A DNA stretch of 62,803 nucleotides, filler included, from Dugesia japonica (taxonomy: Eukaryota): the NCBI GenBank assembly GCA_001938525.1. It is 5 parts of 5 records of this genome, joined end to end, with 100 filler letters (N's around TTAATTAATTAA, not from the genome) between each part and the next. Parts side by side here need not be neighbours in the genome. Positions count along the whole stretch, not along the records: positions 1 to 9,997 come from MQRL01641987.1; positions 10,098 to 20,648 come from MQRL01639175.1; 3 more parts are not named here. One strand, written 5' to 3'. The notes under the pieces were generated by a model, which was not told where the DNA came from, searched no databases, and saw only the letters and a program-made list of their open reading frames with translations. A program made the translations under genes and the position numbers. Positions 1 to 12,827 of this stretch are shown one piece after another; position 1 is the first letter of the stretch, and the number at the start of each line of letters is the position of its first letter.

Positions 1-599
1 ATTGATTACAAATATTACAAATTTCATCTATAGTTTTTTAAAACGCACAAACTTTGTTTACTATTTTACTCAAAATTACTATATTTTTCAGTTGGGTTTT
101 GTTTGATCTTCGACAAAAGTGTTATTTTATTCACCAGTGTTTCTAAAATCACAAATGACTCGCAAAACCATTTTTTCACAGACCTCTATCATCAAAATTA
201 CATTTTCTTTGCATTTTCTATCCATAATTCTTTCACATCTCGTCTCTTTAACATATTTAACGAGGATGATAGATCCATTTGATTAAACAAAGCCAAATCT
301 TTTGTCGTTTGAATCCATTCATCAACTACTTCAGATGAACCCTTGAAAAAACTTCGTTTTAGGATCAGCAATTGTTGTGTCTAAGATGGCGGCTTTGCAA
401 AAATCTTTTGGCAATTATCTTTTATTTTCGTCAGTACATTTATTTTGGCGTGGCCGTCAGTTAAAAGACTTGAACTTTTCTTAATTATTTATTTAAACAA
501 AATTATTTATTAATAATGAATTATTTAAACAAATAATATCATTTAATATTAACAAATTTAAAACTTTATATGTTTAAATGATATATTACTGGACGTATC

Positions 600-2365
600 G
601 TCAGTACTTCTTTGCGCAACAACATCGAACCATTTCTTGACAGAATTGTGGCATTTGACGATAAGTAGATAATTATAGTCTTTTTAACTAATCAAATGTG
701 TCAGGAATACTATTCCAAGTGTTAAAAATTATAATTTCTTCCTTCTTTATGTTTTTCAAAGTATACCACTTATGTTGTGAACTAAGCTCATATTTGTTTA
801 TCTTCAATATTTCCATATCATCAAAAAAGGCTTTTGAACTTGGAGTTCTATAATTCTTTGTTCNNNNNNNNNNNNNNNNNNNNNNNNNNNNNNNNNNNNN
901 NNNNNNNNNNNNNNNNNNNNNNNNNNNAATTATAAGTTAATTAAATCTATAAGTTTTTTTTACAAATGTCACTTTGCTGTTTTTGAATTTTTGAAACTTG
1001 TTGAGAAAAGGTTCCTATATGTTTAAAACTGTTGTTTTGAAAAAGCAATATCAGAATTATTTTTTTGAAAATTATTCAGAGCTTTAGCTATAATGAAGTT
1101 GATAATCTTAATCACCAATTCTATAATTTTGCAAATTTATTCTGGAAATATCTGCGCACAAAAGCAATTCTTTATGAACGATACAATAGTAAGCCAGTAT
1201 CTCGTGATTAATATTTTTTTCATAAGGGCAACAGACCCTTTTCTTAAGCTAGTCATGATTTATGCGCCTTCTGTTGAAATTGATTTAGTTATACCAAGGG
1301 GAGTATGATATTTCCCATGTACTCAATTTTAGCATTTGCAATATCCTCTTCACGTGTTAGACCTTTGTATTGGCAACAATCCAAAATGTTCTTCTTTAGA
1401 GCATGTAGATAAAATAAATCGTATAAAATGTGAAACATTTGTGGTATCATTTATGTTACATGACTCGTTAACTGCTATTAATAATGCTGAAGTTAATTAA
1501 AGATCTTCGACTTACTGTTTGGTTATATTTGAAGACATCTTAACTATTCTATCATCAACTGTTTTAGCAGACAATGGTAACTCTTTAATTTCTTTAGAAT
1601 ATCTTANNNNNNNNNNNNNNNNNNNNNNNNNNNNNNNNNNNNNNNNNNNNNNNNNNNNNNNNNNNNNNNNNNNNNNNNNNNNNNNNNNNNNNNNNNNNNN
1701 NNNNNNNNNNNNNNNNNNNNNNNNNNNNNNNNNNNNNNNNNNNNNNNNNNNNNNNNNNNNNNNNTTTTTCTTCTCCTGAAGTCACTAAACTACTTTCTTT
1801 CTTGGGAAAAGTATAACAAATATAATAAAAGTATCAGTTGTCATTTTGAAAGCAAAACTTATGTTTCAAATATTAAGTTCTGAATGAAACATGTTTATTT
1901 GTAAAGTGTCTTTCTAAATGTTACTTTTAGTTAAGTGCCACCTTATTCAGGCAAATAAGGTCGTAAAGCCAATAAAGTTTCAAACAAACGTAAAGGTCAT
2001 AGTCAAAACAACTTTAAATTAAAGGTTATTTTCTTCAATATTTTTTCTTTCTTATAGCCATGTCAAATGGGTTGCATAAAAAATTATTTTATTTTATAAA
2101 AATTAAGCCAAAAAAATACAATTTTTAAATGGATGACGAAATTATTTGTTGGATTTGCAGCTGTTTGGACAAATACAGATAATTTTATGCATTGAATAGG
2201 TAGTTTTACTACCAATGGACAAATTATGGATTTGATGAACAGTGACCACTGTACGCAACGAAACTAACTTATTCAACTTAAGCATGAGTCACAAGTGATT
2301 ATTTGTGGCAGAGCCGCATTCATGAAAGAATAGTATTAAGCTGGCGAGCTGCGATTAGCCAACTT
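600..2365 (-). mobile_element. Degenerate hAT transposon, Buster/Charlie (GTF2IRD2/SPIN-like) transposase
   Basis: Broken minus-strand frames give ..LERHFTNKH, AVNESCNINDTT (cf. ALDESTDINDTA), KEEHFGLLP..GLTREEDIANA, SISTEGA (cf. SVATDGA) and YCIVHKELL (cf. HCIIHQEAL). A Charlie-like end (gttggctaatcgcagctcgccagc..tgcggctct) lies at ~2305-2365. Many stops and frameshifts. Confidence 0.75.
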
Positions 2366-2789
2366 ATCCCCCAGAATAATTACTGTAAATAAATGTGTTA
2401 AATTAACATTGAAGTACAAATCATAGATCATTTCAAACTATGTGAATTCATTTTAATAAATAAAACTATGTGAAAAAACATGTTAAGAAATTTTAAAAGA
2501 TTAAATTCAAATCATTTAATTAATTGAAATACACAAACCATAACAAATAAAGTTAATGAGAGTTGTTTACTATATTTTATTAGAGATATGAATTTTATTA
2601 AATTTATGAATTTGATCACAAACCGTCTCTTGTTAATGAACTATAAAAAAGTTGATGTTTGATCAATGGGAAATAAGTATGGCTGAAACATTTTTATTGG
2701 TAGACTAAAGTGTGTAAAAATCATCTCGAAAACCTTGTATATATTAATTCATTCTACTAGTTTTCTTTCTGTGTAATCCTGTCGCATAT

Positions 2790-2975
2790 GTGCATAAAAG
2801 AAAATTTAAATTAGTTACATCATTTTACAATTACAATTATTGCGAGAAAAATTGTTGGACGTAACCGTTGACCGTTTTTCAGAATTCATTTTTAAAAAGT
2901 TAAATTCCTGACGAAAACTAAGTCGAAAATTTGAAATATTACCCAAAACAAAGAAAATTGATCGAAGCTTTTATT
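2790..2975 (+). repeat. Penelope-like pseudo-LTR repeat with minimal hammerhead-like core
   Basis: Clearly homologous to 29755-29960, which abuts a Penelope RT fragment. Contains CTGACGA-aaactaagt-CGAAA at 2908-2928. Confidence 0.55.
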
Positions 2976-3033
2976 TTAATGAGTTACATCATAGTAAAAA
3001 TTTGCGAAATCTTTGTCACAGAAATTTAGTGTA

Positions 3034-3218
3034 TGTGAGAATGATATTTGAATTTTCTAAGATCAAATTTATATGCGTAATTAAAATATTTCAAGAAAAT
3101 AATTAAAATAATTATTGCGCATATTTGTTTGAATATTAAAACTTTTCTAATTATTTTTTTTGATAGCAACTTTGTCTTAAATAAATGTTTTATGAGGATA
3201 GCGTTTTTATTGCTAATA
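3034..3218 (+). repeat. 5' LTR of Gypsy A
   Basis: Begins tgtgagaatgatattt, ends ctaata; aligns with 6786-6966. Confidence 0.85.
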
Positions 3219-3930
3219 TGGCAACCACGTCAGTTTCAAACTTAGTAACCGATTTGTTACGCACAAGACCTTTCAAGTTAGGCAACAATCTGGACAGATT
3301 CTTGAGGGATGTCGGTCGATTCTTCAAAGCGGTCAAAATTCCAAAGGATTTACAAGAAATTGTAATCGTTAAGATGATTGACCCGAAGCTTGAAGAAAGA
3401 TATGAAGCATCAGAGAACAAAGTCAAGGGGTATGAAGCTAGGCTACGACTACTGGTGGAAAGACCAAGAGACCTAGAAGAATTCATTTGTTGCAGTCAGG
3501 GTGATACCGATAATGAGGTGTTCTTTCACGACGTAGAAAAACTGGCAGATAAACTGCTTAGCCATAATCTGTCAAATGAGTCGTTAATATCAGCACTCCT
3601 GATAAACGCTACGGCACAGAAGAATGCAAAGAAAGAGATTTTGATGAAAAGGTTTCCGAACCGGAAGAAATAAAGGAAATTATCAGAGACATTTCAAGAA
3701 TCGCCAAAAAGACAAAAAGAAGAACCGTGATGCGTAGCTTTAAGGCGTCATTATACATGGAACCAAAAAAGAACGATTCCAAGGATGCAGGAATCAACCT
3801 TCAAAGGGCCAAATACCAGAGGAGAGTTCAGAACAGAGAAAGTAGAATGTCGGAGCTGTCAAGGAGAAACCCAAACGGAGAAGCTCCGCCAACAGGGGAG
3901 ATGGTAAGAGCTGTAGAACTCAAAATCTAA
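3218..3930 (+). pseudogene. gag of Gypsy A (frameshifted)
   Basis: ORFs 3185-3673 and 3727-3930 lie between the PBS and the protease region; likely start MATTSVSN at 3218. Confidence 0.7.
3219..3229 (+). promoter_or_regulatory. Primer-binding site, tRNA-Arg(TCG)-like
   Basis: TGGCAACCACG directly follows the LTR; one mismatch from TGGCGACCACG, the complement of a typical metazoan tRNA-Arg(TCG) 3' end. Confidence 0.6.
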
Positions 3931-3989
3931 TCGGTGATCCCAAAAAATCGATAGTTATAGTAAAATATAGAAGATGATGTCAAAGAATT

Positions 3990-6785
3990 TTTTAAAGAAA
4001 GAGATATCAGTAATCAAGAGAGAAACATGAGTGAAACCAACTATTGCAGGAGTGGAAGAATGAGGAAAAGGTATGGTTAGATATGATATAATGCAGGTTA
4101 GATTAAGTATTGCGATAAAGATCCAAAACATGGAGCTTAAATGCCTACTGAATGCCGGAGCAAGAATTAATGTGATGGGTTTGGATGTGTTTAACAAATT
4201 CAAGGATGTCTCATTGTAAACAACCAAGGAGAGACTATAGTGCGCTAACGACAGTTCATTAAGCACCAAAGGAAGATTTGAGGTGGAAGCGAGGATCGGC
4301 AGTTCGAATAGATGGATTAATTTCATAGTTGCGGAAAAGATAATCACTAGCATAATTGGTGGCATTGAGTTGCAGACCAGTTTTGGATTAGAACTACAAT
4401 AGATAGATACAGCAGAAAGAGATAATCAAGATCNNNNNNNNNNNNNNNNNNCGCATTTTGGAAGGATTATTACAGATGAAGAAAGATATCAAAAAGCTAT
4501 GAGTGAGATAAATACATTGGAAAATGGCACAATCAAGAAGTTGATAAGAAAACATTTAAATATCTTTATGGCAGACAAATGGGACATAGGATGAAGCATA
4601 AAATAGTAACAAAAGGAAGACCTATAAATGTTAAGCCATGGAGGACACCTATGAACCTTGAGGATAAGATAAACAAAGGAGTACGTAATCTTTTTGAAAA
4701 TGAAATTATACGAAAGTGCAATTCAACATGGAAAACCCCGTTGATATGTTACTGGAAAAAAGAAAAAAAAATACATTCGTCTCTGTCTGGAATTTAGACA
4801 GCTGAACGCTATTACGCAAAGACAAGCATTTCAAATGCCAAATGTAGAAGAGATTCTGGATAGATTAGGTAATGCTTACNNNNNNNTAAAGCTAGAAGAA
4901 GAATCATAATTTAAAACAGCCTTTTCAACAAAGTCAGGTCTATACTGTTTCAATAGAATGCGTTCGGCATATCATCATAAGAGATAAAGGAGTTCAGACC
5001 AATACAGCAATATTGATGAAAATACAGACATACAAAAGACCCAAATGCGTAAAAGAATTGAAAAGTTTCTTCGGGATATCTTGCTATCACAGAAGATTCA
5101 TAAATGAGTACGCAAAGAAGACTAGAGTACTAGAAAAACTGTGCAGTGTAAGTAATAATAAGTTAATATATACACAGAGCTGCGAACATTAATTCAGAGA
5201 TATGAAAGAAGCATTGACGAAGCCACCAATTTNAGTGTTTCTAGATGTCAGGAGAAAATTAATACTGGATACGGATGCAAGCTACAATACAATTGATGCC
5301 GTATTATCACAAATTGACAACAATGGACAAGAAAGGGTGCTAGCGTATGGATCACGCGCAATGAATAACCACAAATTGGGGTACTGTATAACAAGAAAGA
5401 AGTTGTTGGCGATATTCTATTTTTGCAACCATTTCAGTCACTACTTATATGGGCGAAGGTTCACTCTACGAACAGATCATAAGGCGATTACGTTTCTGTT
5501 AACTACAAAGAAATCTATAACGGCACAGTTTCAAAATTAGATCAATTACCTAAGTGGATTAGACATTGATTTACAGTATCCGAAAGGTGACAAACATGGT
5601 AATGATGATTTTCTCTCAAGGCAGGCATGTGGCACTTGTGTACAATGCATGATGTCCCACAAAAATCTTATAGGAGGCAAATTAAAAACGAGACGTTTGA
5701 ATACAATAAGAGAGACATCAAAATGGCAAGGAGATAGCGAAGAGATACGAATAATATGAGAACAGATAAAATATGGTAAGGAAGAGAGATTTCAATAGAT
5801 AGGCAGTCAGATATTAACACAAAACAGAAAGATTTGGATACCAACAGATAGAAAATTGGATATGATCAGAATAATGCATCAGTTGCTAGCACACGCCGAA
5901 ACAGAAAAAGTTGCCAAATATATTAGAGAACATTATGACATGACTAGGTTGTGGGGAAGTGTAAAAGAAATCGTGGACAGATGTGAAGCATGACAGCAAG
6001 TGAAAGTCTTAAAAACTAAANNNNNNNNNNNNNNNNNNNNNNNNNNNNNNNNNNNNNNNNNNNNNNNNNNNNNNNNNNNNNNNNNNNNNNNNNNNATTAA
6101 AAGAAATATATCGTGGCTATTATCGACCAGAATAGTAAATATATATCATTGACAGCCACAGACAAACAAGATGAAGAGTCAATAACTCGAGTATTGAAAG
6201 ATTACTGGATATTAAAGGTAGGAGCTCCGAGATATATTCATACAGATTGTGGAAAGGTATTTGAATCACAAAAAATGAAGAAATTTGCAGATTAGATGAA
6301 TATAAAACTATGTTTCTCAAGTCCTTATCACCACAATACGAATGGACAGATAGTAAAGGCAATTTTGGACTATCAGAGACTGGATTAGGCCATAGCAGAC
6401 AAAAATGCGAAGAATTGGGCAGAAATTCTACCAGAGATTGAATTTACGATGAATGCGACAGTACAGAAAATAACAGTTAAAAGCCCGGCGAAAACGGTGT
6501 TTGGTAGAAAAATCAGCAGAGAAAAGTGGTTTTCACCTAGACAACTAGAGTTGGGGAAGATAGACAATATACCAAAGATTATGTATCCAACCAAAAGAAC
6601 TTTCGCTATTAGAGATGTAGTGCTTATCAAGGTGGAAACGAGAAATATGGATCAGGATCGTTTTGTAGGTCCATTCTTAGTAATAAAAAAAGATACATGA
6701 CAGAAGATATCTGGTTCGAGATGATCTGGGTCGGACAATCAAAAGAAATGTTGAAAAGATCAGAAAATTTCTTAAAGAACGGGGA
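3990..6785 (+). pseudogene. pol (PR-RT-RH-IN) of Gypsy A
   Basis: CLLNAGARINV (protease site), HKIVTKGRPINVKPWRTP (RT N-terminus), RNase H ORF 5202-5540, integrase ORFs 6113-6295 and 6449-6700. The RT core is partly deleted. Confidence 0.9.
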
Positions 6786-6966
6786 AGTGAAAATGATATT
6801 TAAATTGCTTAATTTCAAATTTATATGCGAAATTAAAATATTTCAAATTAAAATAATTATTGCGCATATTTGTTTGAATATTAAAACTTTTCTAATTAGT
6901 TTTTTATTTGATAGCAACTTTGTCTTAAATAAATNTTTGATCAGGATAGCGTTTTTCTTACTAATA
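6786..6966 (+). repeat. 3' LTR of Gypsy A
   Basis: Follows the PPT; direct repeat of 3034-3218. Confidence 0.85.
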
Positions 6967-7479
6967 GAGTATATTTTAAATATATCAGTAAAGTTTAGTT
7001 CAGAGGTCAGTGTATTATTTTGAAAATATTTCAATTTGAGTGATATTAAAATTTGATTGAGGAAAATATTTACGCTCTTTCTGCAAAACTTAATTGATCA
7101 ATGAAGACAGGTAAGTTTATTTGTAACTGTTAAGAAAATACTTCATTAGGAGTTTTTGTGTTGGAAACCCCAACAAATTATACTTATTTTAGGGTGACTT
7201 ATGCTGATATAAGTAAATATTCTTGCAAAAAAAGGCTAAAATGATAGTCGAAAATAAAATAAGTATTTAGAAATATTTAATTGAAACAACTGGCTTCTTG
7301 GAACTCGGTAAAAATATATAATTAATAATTTTCATGAATAGTACCGGATTAAATTAGATACCAGTAATTCTGAAGTCTGGAAGAGTCAGCAGTCACGAGA
7401 GTCACGTGTGAAATACTTTTTTCTTTAGCTCATAAAATTGCATTGTTCTTGATGATTAAATCAGGTTAAAGTTTTCAAC

Positions 7480-8314
7480 CATGAATGGCCAACCTAAATT
7501 ACAAATTTTAATTGTGTAATTTTTTTGAGATTTTACACGCTTATTTAAATAATTAATTTTTACATAGATTTCTACGGAANNNNNNNNNNNNNNNNACCCA
7601 TTCACTCCCGGCAAGCCTATTTTTTAATTTTTGGCCTCAAATGATTGACTAAGTTTGCTTAACAAAGTTTTTAACAAAAACAAAATTTCATAAAGATGGC
7701 AACATTTTACAGAATTTTGAATGTAAAATTAACAATAGAAAATCAAATATAAATGTTTATTTTTTACAATTTGGGTATAAAATTGTTCGTTCGTGTTAGT
7801 CGTTACATTCTTTTATACTTTACAACTATATGATAAATTCTAAAGCACTCAGGGAAACACAAAGGTGTTCCATTTTCACATTACTGCACACTAAAACACT
7901 TAGACCTTTTGTGTGAACCATTTGAAATCAAAACAACTTATGCATAAGATTGTTAAACCATTTAAATGATATGTAAGATGACAACCTTCTGATTACTGTT
8001 TATCCGGAAATTCCAGTGTTTCCGATTGGATACGCCTGGAGTGAAAAATTTAAACATAAGTTTTATAATTTTAATTTCTTATTCTATCTACTAAAATTTA
8101 GTAGTTTTTAATGATATTTATACTATACTTTAATATACATAATTAATGACACTATTATTATAATTATTAAATGATTTTAATGAACATGTGATGTTTCATC
8201 CCACATTGATTTTCACTACTTTGACCATTATAAAATAAATATATTTGTGAAAAGTATGATGAATCTCGCGGGCCAAAACAAAGTTCAAGGCGGGTCTCAT
8301 GTTGGCCACCCATG
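7480..8314. mobile_element. Non-autonomous hAT (Charlie/Buster-type) element
   Basis: Imperfect TIRs catgaatggccaacc / tgttggccacccatg; subterminal cgcgggcc..gcggg motif; right flank ttcTAaat fits the nnnTAnnn target. Confidence 0.5.
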
Positions 8315-8399
8315 TTCTAAATTATGAAAACTTGTTAACAACTAAACTAATTTCGATGACTTTCAATGATAGATGATCATTTCCCAGACAGCAACTCAA

Positions 8400-8555
8400 T
8401 CTTGTAGTTGACAACGAATTTCTTGCAAGCTTTGTCAGCAAAACACCAACCAGGCGTCCAGAACGTGCATCATCTACCAAACTTTTATTTCCTCCTCTAA
8501 AACAGTCACTGAAATTTTCGGGCCTGTATTGCATCTGGCCCAAAAAATAGCACAT
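8400..8555 (-). mobile_element. mariner transposase fragment (HTH/GRP region)
   Basis: FRGGNKSLVDDARSGR resembles the mariner FKEGRESLEDDPRSGRP motif. Confidence 0.6.
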
Positions 8556-9234
8556 TAAATTGGGGTTGTCAAAGTAGCGTTACTATCTTTCTGTAACTTC
8601 TAAATACAGTGTCAAAAATGCTTTTCGTCACACAAACTGGGATTTTAACTGTATAATAAGTTTATTTTTCATGCTTCTACATTTTAAACTTCACTGATGT
8701 TGTTCGAATTTATTTTGATCAATTTGTACTACAATCGTCTATTACGTTTATTTTGAATTGGATTTGAGGTTTTTATTACAAAATAATCAATAAATTTAGT
8801 TGTAAATTACTAATAAAAATAATACGTAATAATTGTTTCTAGAAACCTCAAAAATGATAGAATTACATAATAAAGATAGTAAATAATTTTATAGTATGAG
8901 GATTGTCTTATACGTAAATTAACAAAATACCAAATTTGCTAAAAAATAAATTACAATGCAAATTTTATAAATATGATTATTTGGATTTTAGAAATTCATT
9001 AAAACGTTTCATTTTGTTAAATTGCGCTTGAATTAGAATTTAATATTATCTTAAATTTCTATTTAATCGGATCTGTCGATTTTGAAATACTTTTATTAAA
9101 TATTCATTTGTAAATTATTTTTCATCATCATAAAATCATAATTTTATTAATTAATTAAAAATAGTTAATTATTTGTTTTAATAATGAATTAAAAAATTCA
9201 TTTGATTTTGCTTGAAATTTTAAAGTATTAAATA

Positions 9235-9720
9235 ATGACTTTAGAATTATATCGCAATACAAATATCGGGTTGACTTTTATAGAAGCTCTAAATGAAATA
9301 AAAAATTTATGTTCAATATCTGAAACAGCGGAAGATAATGTTATTTTTTTTCATAAATTTATTTTACTTTGTAATTATTTTTCTTTAAATTAGATACTAA
9401 AAAAGTTCGATGAAGTTATTGAAAATAAATTTAAAGATGTGAAAAATACGTTAATGATGAATGGAAAATTGTTATCTTATCGATTTTGCGACAATGTATG
9501 GTCATTTATAATGACAAATGTAACAATTAAAGATGACAGCCTTCCGAAGATATTGGAACTTGAAAAGGTTAAAATTGTAGCCATTCTTGCAAAACCATCT
9601 CATATTGTTAATAATGGTCGACCAGTTTCTTCTGGGAAAGCAAAACGAAGCAAAAATGATGAGATAGATGATGATGACGAAGAATGTGCTATGAAACGTT
9701 CTAGAAGTAGAAATATGTGA
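9235..9720 (+). CDS. GTF2A2: Transcription initiation factor IIA gamma subunit; exons 9235-9339 and 9394-9720
   Basis: Exon 1 MTLELYRNTNIGLTFIEALNEI (cf. YQLYRNTTLG..LQESLDEL); 54-nt GT..AG phase-0 intron; exon 2 with the hallmark YRFCDNVWSF and KVKIVA. Spliced frame is open, 143 aa. Confidence 0.92.
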
Positions 9721-9997
9721 ATAAATTTCATTTGAGATTAAGATAATAGATAATTTAAATATTGATTTGTTATTTACTGTTATTATTACATGAAAACGAT
9801 TTCAGTTTGATTTATTTAATATCTATTAATAGAAACTCTTGCTATTTGAGTTAAAATAATAGAATTCATCAATAATCGATTATTTTAATAAAATTAAATT
9901 AGAGTTTAATCTCTATTTCAATAAATTAATATTGATTCTGAATTTTTAATAAATTACAATTAACATAAAACTGATAAGAATTGTATAACCAATTAAG

Positions 9998-10097
9998 NNN
10001 NNNNNNNNNNNNNNNNNNNNNNNNNNNNNNNNNNNNNNNNNTTAATTAATTAANNNNNNNNNNNNNNNNNNNNNNNNNNNNNNNNNNNNNNNNNNNN
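9998..10097. other. Artificial contig spacer N44-TTAATTAATTAA-N44
   Basis: Six-frame stop linker flanked by 44 Ns; same design four times. Confidence 0.95.
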
Positions 10098-10424
10098 TTT
10101 TAGTAGATCCTCATACAATTAAACCGGTTAGCAATCACATGACTAATCAATATGAATGTAAGGATAATATTATTTCAAACGTTGTCAAGTCGATAAAAAT
10201 TCGATAAAGATGTCGATAAAGAGAACAATAAAGAAATCTATTGAGAAGTCGATAAAACGACGATCAAGGAAGCAATGAAAGAAAATGAACAAGGATCAAA
10301 CAATGAATGTGAAAATGAAAAAGCCAAAGAAGTAGTCAAAGAAGAATGAAAAGACGAAGATTCACTCAACTGGTAAATGGTTCAAGCTGTAAACAGTCTA
10401 ATCATATGTTAATTAATAAATAGT

Positions 10425-10742
10425 ATGGCATTTGAACAAAGTCTTCCTTATTTAAAATTATTGTTGAAGGCTCCACAAGAGTTTACAATGACAATGTTAC
10501 AGTCATTTCCAAAGTTTGTTATTGATAATTTATTAGAGACAGTTGTAAGTATTGTTCGAGGAAATGTAATTCTCAACCAAGATAAAAAACTTATATTTCA
10601 ACTTCATAAATAGCCGTTACTTTCAATTGTTAAAACTAAGAATAAGAAATTAATGAGAAAAATAATCTATAAACAAAAGGGGGGAGTTATTGCTGCATTA
10701 TTACCAATAGCATTAGCATCATTAGAATTAAATTTATTATAA
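10425..10742 (+). pseudogene. Small Polinton protein with QKGG motif and hydrophobic C-terminus
   Basis: MAFEQSLPYLKLLLKAP...IIYKQKGGVIAALLPIALASL with one internal stop; homolog at 55828-56153. Confidence 0.65.
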
Positions 10743-10809
10743 ACAATGGTTTAATTTAGAGTCATTATCACGAATTTATCTGAAATTTATATCAAACTGT
10801 TGTAGTCGA

Positions 10810-11838
10810 AACAATATGGACATACCCAAAAAATCCAGCAGGATTCAATGGAGTGGAAAAACTAGGGTTAGCAACAAAAAGTTCAAAAGCGAGACGAAAA
10901 AGTGGTTATCGAACCAGTTTGCGTACAGTCTGAACAAACCAATGTTGAAAAGATTCCCAATAAGACCGTATAAAACATATGGATTGATGATTTATGGCAA
11001 TTAGATTTGATGGAAATGATTCCATATTCAAAAATTAATAAAGGATACAAGTATATTTTAACATGTATCGATGTATTTAGTAGACTTGCAAGAGCTGTAC
11101 CCAATAAAATTAAAATCATCTATCGAAATTGAAGCCGCAATCAAGATAATGCTTAACGACAGTCACCCAGATGATTTGCAAACTGATTTAGAAAAAGAAT
11201 TTTATAATTCANAAGTCAAAACTATTATTAATCATCTAAAAATGAACCATTATTTTGTATTTTCACAATATAAAGCGGCATACATTGAAAGATTTTATCG
11301 AGCATTGCGAATTGCATTGAAAAAGTACTTTGTACATACAGATAATAAGACACGAATTCATGTATTAATAAAAATAATTGACAGTTATAATCATACAAGT
11401 CATAAAGAATTAAAGACTCGTTGATATATCATCTAACAATTCAATGAAATTATGCTTATTGAAACTAAAACCAAAAGCAATTATGAAACCTTAATATAAA
11501 GTTGGTAATTATGTAAGAATCTCAAAGATATCAGCTTCACCATTCATCAAAATTTCAATAATAATTGGAGTGATGAAATATTTAAAATTTTAAAGATCAA
11601 TACCAAGCAGAACCCTGTCATGTATGTGATTAAAGATCATGAAGAAAATATTATTGTTTTTAAATTTTATGAACAAAAATTACAAGTCATAGAACAACCA
11701 ACAGTATTTAGAATAAAAAAGATTTTAAAGTCAAAAGGAACTGGAAAGTATAGACAATTATATGTAAAATGGCATGGATATGAAAAACCTACTTGGATGT
11801 CTGCATCTCAATTAGTTAACAATGAACAACACGAATAA
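10810..11838 (+). pseudogene. Polinton retroviral-like (rve) integrase with C-terminal chromodomain
   Basis: WTYPKNPAGFNGVEKL, KWLSNQFAYSLNKP, IDDLWQLDL, YKYILTCIDVFSR, LQTDLEKEFYN, KAAYIERFYR, NWSDEIF, FRIKKILK..LYVKWHGY..TW. Confidence 0.92.
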
Positions 11839-12827
11839 TTTCTATACAATTTTACCTTGTAATAGCTGTCCACGTATTCATCCAGATAATAATGCTAGTA
11901 AATTTATAGTTGAACTTGAAAATCCTATTTACTTGAATGGTAATTGGGAAGTAGCATTGATGGACTTTACTTTTCTATATAATGCATTTTCAAACTATAG
12001 CAATGCATCGTTTGAATATGTAACTGGATATCAACAATCAAGGGAAATATATTTCACAATTGATAAAAATGCAAAAATATTAATTGTTGTTGTTGATGTA
12101 TTTGATAAATAAAACTTGTTAGTTATAATCAAACATCATGATTATGATTTAATATTTGAAACTCTCGAAGAAGCGAAAAGATTTGGATTTGATAGTTTCA
12201 GTAGTGATATTTCAAATGGTGGTATTATTCCTTTTCGAGACTTTAAAAATAATGGAGAGCTAGATATAATGAAAGTTATATTAAAGTATTCATTAGAAAA
12301 TACCGCTGTATTATCTTTTGATGATCATTTGTACATTACAGATATACCACAATTAAATGAATACATCATAAATGCTTTTTAGTTTAAAGAAAAATCAACC
12401 ATTTAAATTCTGGTTAGAAACACATATTAAAAGAATCACCTTTGATAAACTCCTGATAAAAACATTATGATTAGATAGTCAAACATATTCCCAAAGTAAT
12501 ATAAATATAGTTCATAAAGAGGAAATCATCAGAGGAAACCCTAAAATAATCACCAATCCTTATCAAATGTTCATCTGTAGTAATATTTTTGAACCTATAA
12601 TAGTTGATTATGCAAATGTTCCTTTATTGAAATCAGTATGTTTGGAGAGTTATGAAGATGATCAACCCGTTCAAATTATAGTTAAGAATCCAATGTATCT
12701 ACCAATTGCTACTTCATTTATAAACAATATAGAAATCAACATCATAGACGATAACGGCGATTATATTAGATTTGGCTCTGACGCAAAAACTCATTTAACA
12801 TTATACTTTAGGATAATAAATGTCTAA
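11822..12827 (+). pseudogene. Minor capsid (penton) protein
   Basis: N-terminal FYTILPCNS..HPDN..SKFIVELENPIYLNGNWEVAL and C-terminal MFICSNIFEP..VPLLKSV..NPMYLPI..INNIEINIID..LTLYFR match Polinton penton motifs. Confidence 0.85.

Larger units (their letters stand above)
3034..6966 (+). mobile_element. Ty3/Gypsy LTR retrotransposon A with both LTRs, degenerate
   Basis: Two ~185-bp direct repeats, PBS, polypurine tract (aaagaacggggaag, ~6774-6787) and near-TSD gtgta/gagta. gag, protease, RT, RNase H (LILDTDASY, FTLRTDHKAI) and integrase (IIDQNSKY, IHTDCGKVF, FVGPF) occur in Gypsy order. Confidence 0.92.

Noticed and set aside
6697-7023. Hydrophobic 108-aa ORF as a Gypsy env gene
   Set aside because: It reads through the AT-rich 3' LTR and flank; the hydrophobicity is compositional.
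10042-10053. TTAATTAATTAA islands as a biological repeat or regulatory motif
   Set aside because: Always centred in a fixed 100-bp N block; synthetic linker.
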